A stretch of DNA of 64,000 bases from positions 7,380,001 through 7,444,000 of the forward strand of contig CM052818.1 in the NCBI GenBank assembly GCA_028534125.1. The letters are read 5' to 3'. The notes beneath the pieces were generated by a model. It ran no database searches and was not told the DNA's origin. It saw nothing but the letters and a program-made list of their open reading frames with translations. This document shows positions 1 through 11,215 of the stretch, in pieces; within the stretch, counting starts at the first letter, position 1, and the number at the start of each line of letters is the position of its first letter. Source of the DNA: Lama glama. Lineage: Eukaryota. Both the position numbers and the translations under genes were made by a program.

Positions 1-44
1 CAAGTGGGGAAAGGGTCTCATGCAAGGAGCCTCTCCATCAGGGA

Positions 45-180
45 GGACTCTGGTTTTGTGGGGCTTGCCACTTATGTAATTTGAAGGGTCCTCTTTAAGA
101 AAAAGAATATAAAATTACTTTTAAAATTAAGTAAAAAAGTGAATATTTACTTAGAGTGATAAAAGCAGTTACAACAAACT
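45..180. mobile_element. Old hAT-Tip100-like DNA transposon fragment (MER115/Zaphod-like)
   Basis: ggttttgtggggctt...gggtcctctttaagaaaaagaatataaaattac...gtgaatatttac resembles the recalled terminal segment of this family; family name uncertain. Confidence 0.4.
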
Positions 181-295
181 ACATGTACATGTCTCTAGAT
201 GAACATATGCATTCATTTCTCTGGGGTGTATAATTAAGCATAGTTAGTTTTTTCCTGTAATTTAATTCATTTAACACTTACACTGAACCCTTCTT

Positions 296-500
296 TTTAA
301 AATTTTTAAATTTATTTTTATTTTATTTTATTTTATTTTATTGAGTTATAGTCAGTTTTCAATGTTGTGTTGATGTCTGGTGTAGAGCACAATTTTTCAG
401 TCATACATGAATATACACATATTCATTTTCACATTCTTTTTCACTGTGAGCTACCACAAGATCTTGCATATATTTCCCTATGCAATACAGTATAAACTTG
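296..500 (-). mobile_element. 5'-truncated young L1 3' UTR with A-rich tail
   Basis: (TTTTA)n tail followed by L1 3' UTR antisense (ttgagttatagtcagttttcaatgttgtg...); 17-bp TSD tacactgaacccttctt (279-295) / tacactaaacccttctt (501-517), 1 mismatch. Confidence 0.85.
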
Positions 501-957
501 TACACTAAACCCTTCTTGATACAGTTTTAAAAATCATGACTTGGGATTGGGCTAGAGGATAAAAGAAGTGTTGATTTTTGATGTGACAGTTATGATTCAC
601 CTCCTCCCCTCTTGCCAAGGGCCGTGATGATTGCATCCCTATTTTATGAAAGTTTTTCCTGATGATTCCTCTCCCCTCCACCTTTTTTCTTTTGGCAACC
701 AATAAAACATAAAACAGCAACCATGCACTCTAACCTTGAGAGATTGCATTGTGGTTGCTAACCTGGTTTCAGTGGGATACAACTTGCCAATACTCAGGGA
801 CACCGCTTTCCGTGTTTTTCTCGGTGCATGGTTTCAGCCTAAGAGTCCTGGACAAGAGGACCCCCTCTGAAGCGTGCAGATTCCTTCAAGGGGCTAGAGT
901 CTTAAGTCTGTAACCTTGGGAAGACTGCTGGAGTCAGGCTCCACTCTCAGAGAGTGG

Positions 958-1540
958 TGTATTGGTCCAGGTCTTGCAAGAGACAGATGCCAAGATGGGA
1001 GTAAATATTTGAGAATTTTATTAGTGGAATGATGTGTGTGAAAAAATGGGGAGGGACTGGGGGAGAGTATAGCTTAAGTGGTAAAGTGTATGCTTAGCAC
1101 CCACGAGGTCCTGGGTCCAATCCCCAGTACCTCCTCCACACATAAATAAATGAATAAACCTAATTACCTCTCCCTCATAAAACAAACAAAACAAGCAAAA
1201 AAAAAAAAAAATGGGGAGGGATCCAGAAGAGGCTGGGAGAGCTGTCAGATAGTGATGGAGTTCTGACTCCAAGTGAGGGTGAGAAGAAAGGAAGGGTGGG
1301 GGGATGTGTTCTAGACTGCCATGAAATCCAGAGAAGTTTTGGCCAGACCAATGGGGGGCCATAGTTGGCTGTTAGAGGAGTCCCCTGTTTCTGTGTTATC
1401 CCTGCTGAGCTCAGCCATTGGCTGGAGGCAGCTCCTGGGAAGGTGGCCTGAGCATCAGTGTAGTGATGGATTTTGGAGCACTGCAGGCGGGGCCTTGGGC
1501 TACTTATGCTCCCTGTGAGGCGTTCTCATGGCCACCACAA
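958..1540 (-). mobile_element. ERVL solo LTR (LTR16-like), interrupted by a SINE
   Basis: Starts tgtattggtccaggtc...gacagatgccaagatggga, has internal ctcagccattggctgg, ends catggccaccaca; matches recalled LTR16 antisense. Confidence 0.7.
1057..1205 (+). mobile_element. tRNA-derived SINE (camelid Vic-1-like)
   Basis: A-box-like tagcttaagtggt, B-box-like gggtccaatccc, A-rich tail; 16-bp TSD aaaaaatggggaggga at 1041-1056 and 1206-1221. Confidence 0.9.
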
Positions 1541-2029
1541 TGGGGAAGATGAACTTACTACAACAGATGTAGTCATGCTGCCAGGCAGTGTTGGGCACTC
1601 ATTTGAAGTTTGTGGTTATGAATTTAAAGTGAAAGCCATCTTTCCTTGGAAACTGTAATGCTCACATTTTAACACTTCATGAGTGCATGACTGAGCCCTA
1701 TGGCTCTAGTGGACAGTTGGTAACTCCCATTGTGAATGATTTTAAGGCAACATCAATGAGGCCAGTATTCCATAGGTGAAGTTTTGAGATCTTGACTTAC
1801 TTGTGTTCTGGATTGGTCCCAGAACTATTTGTGGAGACAAACTTCATTTCTTCTATTGTACTGCCCCAGCCCACCTTCAGACAGATGTGGGACTGTCATT
1901 GTTCGGGGGAGATAGTCATGGTCAGCTCTTTAATTCTCTTAGCAGGTGCCAACAGATAGCTTCTGACAAATTGATTTTTATAAATATTTTCCTGAAAGCA
2001 ATAGTAATATACATAGAAAATTTGGAAAC

Positions 2030-2520
2030 TGTCTGTCTGTCTTCCGCCCACATCCCTCAACTCGTCCCGGAGGTCCCCCGCAGTGGGTGGACTTATCTGT
2101 CTGTCTTCCTTTCTCCAGCACCTCTGTCCCCGTCTTGAAGACTTTATCTTCTTGAGGCCACAGGGGTTTATTTGGCCTCCACGTAGGGCAGGTCAAAAGT
2201 ACTGGGAAGCTAAGACTCCAGGAGAAATCCTCAACGATGGGGGTGAGAGTGGGTGGGTTAATACCCCAAGTGTCTGGCCCTTAGTGCCGCAGTTCTGAGG
2301 TAGGTTCCATGCAGCCTCTCAGAGGGTCCCCAGGGGGTTTCGTTCCAGTTGTCCACGCTGGTAACCCATCCACCGATGCACTTCTTATTGGCTTTCTTTC
2401 CTTCTCTGTTTTGCTTCCCACCACCACCCACCTTTTGTAGTGCTTCCTGGGATCATCTCCAAACATACTACCTGCACCCAAGTCCTTGTCTCAGGAGTAA
2501 GGCAAACCCAAGCTATGTCA
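2030..2520 (+). mobile_element. ERVL solo LTR (LTR33-like)
   Basis: 3' end tgcttcctgggatcatctccaaacatactacctgcacccaagtccttgtctcagg...aacccaagctatgtca; homologous to the copy at 62086-62529. Confidence 0.7.
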
Positions 2521-4289
2521 AGAGCAAACTGTTAGAATCCTATTACCTACAGAGATATGGTTAACATTTATATCTTCCATTCTTCTCTCTCTCTCTCTCT
2601 AAATATATACAAACACTTTTTTTTCCACTTAGAAGTAACTAGTTAATATTTTATATCTTTCCTTTTCTTTTCTCAGTACTTCATGTGGTACATCATATTT
2701 TGTTACTGATTTTTTATTTTAAATGTAGTGTTATGGATATTTGTCAGATTGTGACAATTATGATATGGAAAATAATCCTTAATGACTTGCTAGTGTTTCT
2801 AGTGTTGGATATGTGTTAGATTGATTTTTTTAGATCACTGATCTGCTTTTAATCAGTAATAGAAAGTTATTCTAGCTGGTTTCTTTTCAAATAATGTAAC
2901 TTCTAACTATGCACGACTCAACTTTTAACAAACATTTATGGAGGATTGCTTGAAGGATATGCAGTCCATGCAGGTAATGTAGATCTTATCCTGGGATCCA
3001 AATCGGGTCAGTCACCTGCCATGAGTTGATGTGTTTGGCCTTCCTCCTCTGTCACCTCGTAGAATTGCTGTCCTAAACTGAGTTTTGGAGTGTTAACACA
3101 CAGTTCCCATATGGAAATTGCCATAGAAAACTTAGCGTTTGGCTTGTTGGAAATCTGTTGAAGGCACCGGGGAGACTGCCCTTTTATGAGGACTTGGAGG
3201 AAAAAGTTCACTCAAGTCTCTGCACGAGGGAAAGTAGAGCCATTTCTGAGGAACTGGGTTTCTTTGATCTTTTGCACAATGTCAGTTTTGTAACTTTCAC
3301 ATTTTCATTTTTACTTTGTTACACAGGAAGCTCAGAGCCTAATTTACAGGCTGCCTTTGAAAATTTTGTAAGATCAGTGTAAATAACTGAGTACTGACTT
3401 CCCTCCTACATGAGTCTCCCTTCGTCTACCTCTCCTTTATTTTCTCCTTATGCCTGATTTCTTTATCACATTAAACAAAATTTACACTGCATAGATTTTG
3501 TAAATCACCTCAAAAAATATTTTAATAATGTGTGGTATCTATATAGTTTCCCCACCATTCCTTCATTCCTTGTGTGGAGTCTCAGGGTCTACACTTCTGG
3601 GGTATTTTTGGAGCGAGGAAGGAAGGCTGTCCTGGACCTTCGCCTCAGCCAGTTTGGACGCACATGTTCCTCCCTCTGCGATGTGACCACCACAGCCCTC
3701 AGCCAGCTGTTGATGTGTGATTTCCACCTGCAGAGAAGGGAACAGCTTCTTCCCAGGTGTGGAGACCTGCCAGGGGTGGGATGACGAACGGGCCCCAGGT
3801 GTGGGCATCATTCTGCTCTGCCCCCTGGTACTCAGCAGCCAAGCTCGGATGCCTCCTCCCCAGGCCCACCTGTTCTCCAGCCTCCCTCTGTGCCAACCCT
3901 CCCTGGGGAGGGGATGAGGAGGGGGAGGCTCCTGTGGGAGGGGTGTCACCTGCCCACCTCTCTCTCCCATTCTCCAGATTCACTTCCCTAGAGACTTACT
4001 TATTGATTCTCAAGAGTATCATTTGGAAGAAAGGGAAAAAAACCCCAACTGAATATTAACCATGCTTTTCTCTTTATAATTCTGCTGAGATAATTGTAAT
4101 TCTCCTGGGCCTTGTGTATGCCTCTCACTGACTAGGGGAGAGTGAATAGAGGAAGAAAAGCATAGTAATTGATTTATCTGGTTTATGTGGGTGTATATTT
4201 AGAATATTTAGTTACTTTAGTTGACTTTATTTTATGGATCTGTGTGTGTGTGTAATATATAAATATATACATGTATGTATGTGTGGGAA

Positions 4290-4620
4290 TGTATCTCTCA
4301 GATCTGATCATGTCATGCTTTAAAACCTTCCATAGTTCTTTCTTCTAATTACAGGGCAAAGTCCAAACTCTCCTTGGCAGTTCTCCATACACACCCTCCA
4401 GCCTCTCCACCCTCCAGTCCCAAGGTCGCCTCCATTCAGTCCACTCCCCACCCCTGCACTCAGGCTCCCGCCAAGGGAACTGCTCTTTGGCCCCCTGTGA
4501 ACCTTGCCCTTTTCCCCTTCTCAGCCTTTGCACAGGCTATTCACTCTGGCTGCCAGGCTCCCCACTCTCTCCCATCAGGTGCCTGCCTTGGAAAGTTCTA
4601 TTCATTCATCTCGAATGAGC
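4290..4620 (+). mobile_element. L2 fragment
   Basis: tctgatcatgtca...ttaaaaccttcca...aaagtccaaactc...gcctttgcacaggctatt motifs of the L2 3' region. Confidence 0.55.
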
Positions 4621-7344
4621 TCACTGTCCCTCCTGAGCTAAGCTCTTTGAGATCCCCGTGCCTAGCACAGTGCAGCCAACACTGGGTGAATTCTTGGATG
4701 CCCCTCAGGGGAGTCAGGAGTGCCCTTCTGTCTGCCCCACTCAGCTCACTGATCCCTCCATGAGAGCATTTCTTAGGTGTGTGCTGCTCCCGGCTGTGCC
4801 GGCCGCTCTCATTACAACCCTCAGGGCAGGACTCATGCTTTTCCTCCAAAAGCTCATTCCCAGTGCCCTGCACAGGACCTGGCACGTAGTTGCCACCCAG
4901 TGCATGTTCGTTGAATGAATGAGTGTGTATTTGTAGATCACTATCCATGCAACAGATAAGCTGGATGCAAAGAAACTGAAAGCGAAATGTTGGAGACCTT
5001 GACCAAGAAACAATAATCAGGACCAGTGATAAAGGCGCCCGCGCAGATGACTAGTTCACCATGGAAAACTGATTTTGATCTGCAAAGCTATAGACGTCAC
5101 CACAGCTCTTAAGGAAGATGGTGGCTGTTTCTTTCTGGGTCCTCACCCACTGTCATCATGGGTGACCTGTGGGTATAATGGATTCTCAGAATAGCAGCAC
5201 CAGGGTAGGAGGCCAAGGGCCCTCCGCTAGCTTGGGGGAGACCCTCTAACTGCTAGCTGCTCCCCAGACCTGAGCTGAGGGGTCTGCTGCTGCTTGGTCC
5301 AGGGCCCACCCCGCTACGCTTCAGAAGGCTCACTTCCTTCCACACACGTGTTGAGGGAAATCCAAAGCCACGTTTCCAATAACCCATTAGCTGTTACACT
5401 CTTGGCCAGTTTTCCCGCCTTCCTGAATGCTAGATCTGGGCTTCAGGCCTGGTAAGCTCTGGGTGCACCCACAAGATTGTAACGGGGTCAAAGGGTATTT
5501 TCATTCTCTGGGACCGAGCAGCCTTTAACTACTCTCTTTATTACCATATCTCCATGACTTCCTGTTCCTTCCTTCCTTGTGTGAAGTTCCTAACATCCAT
5601 CAGTACGTAAGGTCCAGGACTGCCTGGTACTGTGAACAGCAGCTGGTACGTGGTAGATACCTTGTCGGATGGAAAATGAATGAGTGAATGGAATTATGAG
5701 TGAATGAACACATTCGGCTCCAAGAGCTGTGCATTGGAATAAAATGAATGAAGGCCACAAACACGCCCTTGGTTGTTTTTCCAACTAGACTATCTCCCTG
5801 GATTCTGTGATGGCTTAAGTCTGGCACTGTCTGAGAGACTAGGGTGAGGTGAGCTGGTCTAAGTCTTTTGGCCTGAGGATTCTAGGACAGTGAGGCAGGG
5901 GGAGTAGAAGGGAGGGCCTGGGAGAAGAGGGGGGCTGGAAGGTCTTTTGGGAGCCTCACTGCCCAGTGAAATTTCCTCTGGCAGCTTCTCCGCACTGGCT
6001 GGGAGCCCGCGCCTGCCTGCCCGCTCCACAGAAGGAGGCTGGCTGTGGTTCCACTGTCAGGCTCCAAAGTCAAGAGCAGTGAAGGGAGGAGGGGCCTGCC
6101 CCACTGGCCAGGGGCGCGGGAGGGGAGGTTGAAGGGCCAGGAGCCCCGGCTCCATGTGGCATCCGGTTTTAAACAACTCTACTTAGAAATAGAAGAAAAT
6201 CTCTCCGGAAAGTGGGAGGGCTCTGGCAGGCCTCCCAGGCCTGAGGAACAGGGAGTTCCTTCCAACATGTGCCAGAAGTGGGGGATTTGTGGGAAGGGCG
6301 GGGAAAGAGGGCATTGAAGGGAGTGGACACAGCGCAGCGGCATTTTTCCTGGTTAAAAACCCTGTTCTGAGGTAAACATGTTTCTAAAAATCAAGAGGGT
6401 TTTTACTCTTCCAGGCTGGTGAGCACCCGGCCAGCCTGCTTCCTATGAATGCAGTTATTCCCAGGTGTGTGTGTTTGTTTTCAGAGAAGGAATATTGTAA
6501 ACTCTTCATGGTCCCCTGCCTGAGAGTGCTTTGGGATAATAAAGTGCAAAAATCAGCAATGCATACCTCTTGGTGTTTCCGAGGCAGAAATAGGCCTTTT
6601 AGAGTCTCTCTTCCAGGACAAGGTTGGGAAACACTTCTCCTGGGAGGCTCTTTTCTGGCCCGTTAGAGCCAGAGGGCCAATCGTGGCCTCTTCAGGGCTT
6701 TTTTAAGGCTGTGGAGGGTAAAGGATAAAGGTGTGCAGGAAACCTGCCCTGGCTGACTATTCTGGCAAGGTGAACTCAAGGAAGGAAATCTCTGAGGGGG
6801 ACCTAGGGGCCTTGACGAGGAGGGGGAAAGGAGTCACACATTTTTAATTGCAGAGAGATCTAAAATCAACATGGTTACAGTGAGACCCAAAGTGGATAAA
6901 CAGACCCTCAGCCTGCAATAACTCGTTCTCCTTTCTGGAACCTCAACCCATGGCTGTCCCTGGTGGCACTGAGGCATTTCATAATCTCTTTGGCTGCAGA
7001 GCCTCACCGTGGTCCCCAGGGCTAAAGAAGCCCCCTCTTCTCAGGAAGCAGACTGTGAATCTGGTTCACCTGGGAAGCCCACCTGGAAAACCTGTGTGAG
7101 GAAGAGGGAGACAGAGGGGAGGAGTGGATGCTTTTTAAACCCACCTCCTTCATGAGGCTTTCTGAGAAGGTGGATCGTCTGTGCTGCTGTAGGGACTCTC
7201 AGGTGTTGCTGGTGGAAGGGAGACTTGGTGCAACCACTTAGGAGAACTTGTCACATTACACAGGAAGGTGGAAGATATTACAGGAAATTGGAAGATGTGC
7301 AAAACCAACCCAACCATTCCATTCCTAGTTACATGAACTAGAAA

Positions 7345-7845
7345 CACAATTCTTTAATCTTTTGGTCCCAGGACCCCTTTACACTCAGAAATATTGTTGA
7401 GGACCCCAAATAACTTTTGCTTAGGTGAGTTATATTGACCAATAGTTACCATATTAGAAATTAAACCTAAGAATTCAAAAAATTGTTAATTCATTTAAAA
7501 GTAACAATAATAATCACATTACCTACCAACATAAAGTACATGTTTGTGAAAAATAACTGCATTTTCCAAAATGAAACAACTTACTGGGAAGAGTGGCACT
7601 GTTTTATAGTCTTGCAAGTCTGACTTAATAGAAGATAGCTGGATTTTCATATCTGCTTCTGAGTCTGTGTGTTGCAGTATCTCATGTCATGTACCTGGTG
7701 GAAAACTCCACTGTTCACTTGTGAGAGAATGAGGGTAAAAAAGTAAAAAAACAACAACCATTGTATATTATGAAAGCAGTTTTGACTTCACAGACCCCCC
7801 CACCCCCAGCCCTGCCCTAAGATCATCTCAGAGGCTCTGCTACTC
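7345..7845. mobile_element. hAT-Charlie MITE (MER119-like) within an old L1 3' fragment
   Basis: ttttggtcccaggacccctttacactc...ttgaggaccccaaa...ccatattagaaattaaa ... tttgacttcacagacccc; flanks 7200-7345 and 7850-8190 carry L1M 3'-end motifs (aataaactgtggtatattcat). Confidence 0.55.
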
Positions 7846-8190
7846 TGGAGAACATTTCTTGTTTCTAACCCAGCAGATATGTATGAGCGTGTTCAGAGTA
7901 GGATAATTTATAATAGCAAAAAAACCCAACTTAAATGTCTGTAAATAGTAGAATTGATAAATAAACTGTGGTATATTCATAGTATTGATGAATCTCACAG
8001 ACAATACTTTACAAAAACAGTAAAATATGATTTCAGATTTATAGAGATCAAAAACACAAAAATATGTTATGTAGGGTTATAAATATATGGTAAAACCTTA
8101 ACGAAAAGCAAGGATAGTTGTTATCTCTGGGGAAGAGAGAAAGGAATATCACTACCTTTTTGGATATACATGAAGTTTCAGAGATATTTC

Positions 8191-8500
8191 TGTTTCAGTT
8201 ATGATTGGCTAGTTATGCCACAGTAACAACCAGCCCCTAAAATCTCAGTGGCTTAAATACAACAAAGATCCATTGTGGGCCAGCTAATAGGGCCTCCACC
8301 AATTGGTGTGTCTTTAGTAAGTGTGATGGGGGCAGGGAACATGACAAAGCATGTACTGGCTCTTAAAGGCCATCCAGAAATGACACTTGTTGCTTCTGCT
8401 TACATTCCATTGGCCAGAGCAAGTCAAATGCCATGTATAATTTCAAGGGAGTGTGGAAGTGCCATCTGATCATGTGCCCAGAAGAGGGAAACTGAGACAT
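8191..8500 (-). mobile_element. MaLR LTR (MLT1-like)
   Basis: cagtaacaaccagcccctaaaatctcagtggcttaaatacaacaaag ... cttacattccattggccagagcaagtca. Confidence 0.6.
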
Positions 8501-8509
8501 TAGAGTCAT

Positions 8510-9440
8510 TTGGTTTTTTGGTTTTGGGGTTTTTTTTTACTGAAGTACAGTCAATTTACAATGTTGTATTCGTTTCTGGTATACAGCATAGTGCTTCAAA
8601 TATATACATGAATATATTCTTTTTGATTATAGGTTATTACCAGACATTGACTATAGCTCCCTGTGCTATACAGTAGGACCATCTTGTTTACCTGTTTTAT
8701 ATATAATAGTGTGTCTCTGCTAATCCCAGACTCCCAGTTTATCCCTTCCTACCCCCTTTCCCTTTTGGCAACCATAAGTTTGTTTTCTGTGTCTGTGAGT
8801 TGGTTCCTGTTTTGTAAACAAGTTCATTTGTCTCATTATTTCAGTTTCCACTTATGAGTGATATCATAGGATACTTGCCTCTCTCTTTCTGATTTACCTC
8901 ACGTAATATGGTACTCTCTAGGTCCATCTGTGTTGCTGCAAATGGCATTATTTTATTCTTTATATGGCTGAATAGTATTCCATTATATAAATATACCACT
9001 TTCTTTATCCAGTCATCTACTGATGGACATTTATGTTGTTTCCATGTCTTGGCTATTGTAAATAGTGCTGCTATGAACATTGGGGTGCAGGTGTCATTTT
9101 GAAGTAGGGTTCCTTCTGGATATATGCCCAGGAGTGGGATTGCTAGATCATAGGATAACTCTGTTTTTAGTTTCTTAAGGAACCTCCGTACTGTTTTCCA
9201 TAGCAGCTGCACCAATTTACACTCCCAGCAACAATGTAGGAGGGTTCCCTTTTATCCACAGCCTCTCCAGCATGATCATTGTGGACTTTTTAATGATGGC
9301 CATTCTGACCAGTGTGAGGTGATACCTCATTGTAGTTTTTATTTGCGTTTCTCTGTTAATTAGTGATGTTGAGCATCTTTTCATGTGCCTATTGGCCATC
9401 TGTATATCTTAATTTAAGAAATATCTATTTAGGTCTTCTG
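8510..9440 (-). mobile_element. 5'-truncated L1 (ORF2 C-terminus plus 3' UTR)
   Basis: ORF-track peptides [29 protein letters not shown] and [29 protein letters not shown]...TCTPMFIAALFTIAKTWKQ are L1 ORF2p C-terminal sequence, frameshifted; T-rich tail near 8510-8538. Confidence 0.95.
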
Positions 9441-9790
9441 TAGGGTCATTGGTATTGTTCTATTTCATTAGGACCATTTAGCATTGAGTGGTGGGTTCAT
9501 AGGTATTTGCTTAATTATTATACACTGTATAAATTTATAGATAAATTTATGCTTATTTTTATATCCTATATGTATATATATCTTACTTAAAAATATATGT
9601 GTAAATATATATATATATATCTTTTTTAGGCATCAAATATTAGAAAGAAAGAGAAAGGGAGAGAGAGAGAAAGAGAAAGAATCAGCCTTTGATTGTGGTA
9701 TACAAATTCATATATTTAGATTAAAAAAATGGGAGGGCCAAGAGAGGAGAGGGTGAGAGCTGAATTGAGAAATGTTTGGAATTCCTGGAG

Positions 9791-11215
9791 CAGTGGTCTT
9801 TAAACTGGGGTAAGCATATTCCCAGGGTCCATGAAGATTTTTCTAAAAGGTAGCAATACGAATCCTATTAAAGAATCAATTTCTAGATGCTCACTTCCAG
9901 ATGTCCTCTTTGCTAAAACTGGTCTGCCAGAGAATGCTCCTGTGTTAGAGCTGTTCTTCTTTCCCCCTTTTCTCTTTCATAAGTGTCCTTTTCCCATGTT
10001 TTTCAGAAGAAGAAAGATGTGGTGCATCCTGTCATTTTGTCATTGGTAAAAATCTCCAGACTCTAATTAAACAGATAATTCAAAGTGTTGATTCTAGCTG
10101 AGGAAGCAAATTACTCTAAGGATTGGATTATAATTCCTTTTACAAATCAGAAATTATCCCATCATTTTAATAAAGGCGAAGGAGAAACTAATGAACATTT
10201 AATAATATCAAATGATAAATGATTAGTAATAATCTTGTCATTACGTGTGATTTTTGGCACACCACTCAGAGTTCTAACAATCAAATAATGCTGCTACAAT
10301 AAAACCTCTTCATCCTGAACAAATTTTCGTGGCACTTATATTTTTAAAAGTGAAAAATTAAAGATAGAATTGATGCTGAACCCACTCTTTCTAGAGAAAA
10401 TAATATTCATCTATGGATGTATGGAAAAAAAAGCACCAACCATCTCATTAAGAAAAGCATTTTCAATAAAAATTTGGGGCATAATAATATTTTACCAAAA
10501 TGTTCAATAGACATGTGATATATTTATAGTATTTTGATGAATTGTGTGTTATTGCTAATTGTAATAACTCATCTTGGAAGAAAATATTCACACAGTAGAC
10601 CAGCACTGTCCACTAGGGCTTTTCATGATGATGGAAATGTTTTCTATTTGCTCTGTCCAATACAGTTCCATAAGCCACAGGTGGCTATTCAACACCTGAA
10701 ATGTGTCTAGTGCGAATGAGGAACTGAATTTCAAATTGTATTTAATTAAAAAGAATTTAATGGACTCATGTGACTAGTGGCAACAGTATTGGACTGCTTT
10801 AGAGATTTATGGCTACAGAAAAGGGAAAAAATTGAATTTGTATTCATTTTTAAGAGAAATATGATAAAGTGATTAATAAAATATTTTAATCATACATGTA
10901 TATTAGGATAAAGTTCTACAAGGGAAGAGAAATGGAAATACAAATTCAGGGAGAAAAAGGAATAATGTAAAATTTCTGACTGTTGAAGTGCGCCTTCGTG
11001 ATATTTTTAAAAGGATGATGGAGGGTATCAGTTGCTTTAATATTTAAATTCTGTTTGGATACATTTAAATGAATGACAGTTATTTTAAAATGTTTAAACT
11101 GTTAAAATATTTCAGATTTACAGTAGACTTTAATTTTTTTCAGCTATTTAAACCTTAGATGAATAATTTTAGATACCAACACAAAAATGTTTGAGGGGAG
11201 TGCATAATGTTTCAG
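9791..11215 (+). mobile_element. Decayed hAT-Charlie-type element with transposase C-terminal remnants
   Basis: Starts cagtggtctttaaactgggg (Charlie-like terminus); remnants tgtgatttttgg (CDFW) and aaagatagaattgatgctgaaccc (KDRIDAEP) resemble the hAT C-terminal dimerisation region; right boundary uncertain. Confidence 0.45.
10601..10797. mobile_element. MER3-like hAT MITE nested in the older element
   Basis: cagcactgtcca...atgatggaaatgttttctat...ctgtccaatac...gccacaggtggcta...gaggaactgaattt...tagtggcaacagtattggac. Confidence 0.75.

Noticed and set aside
1057..1135. tRNA-like sequence with A and B boxes (also 19975-20048 and 41905-41980)
   Set aside because: SINE heads with tails and TSDs, not tRNA genes
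8841..9399. ORFs with clear protein similarity
   Set aside because: Frameshifted L1 ORF2p remnants, not host genes
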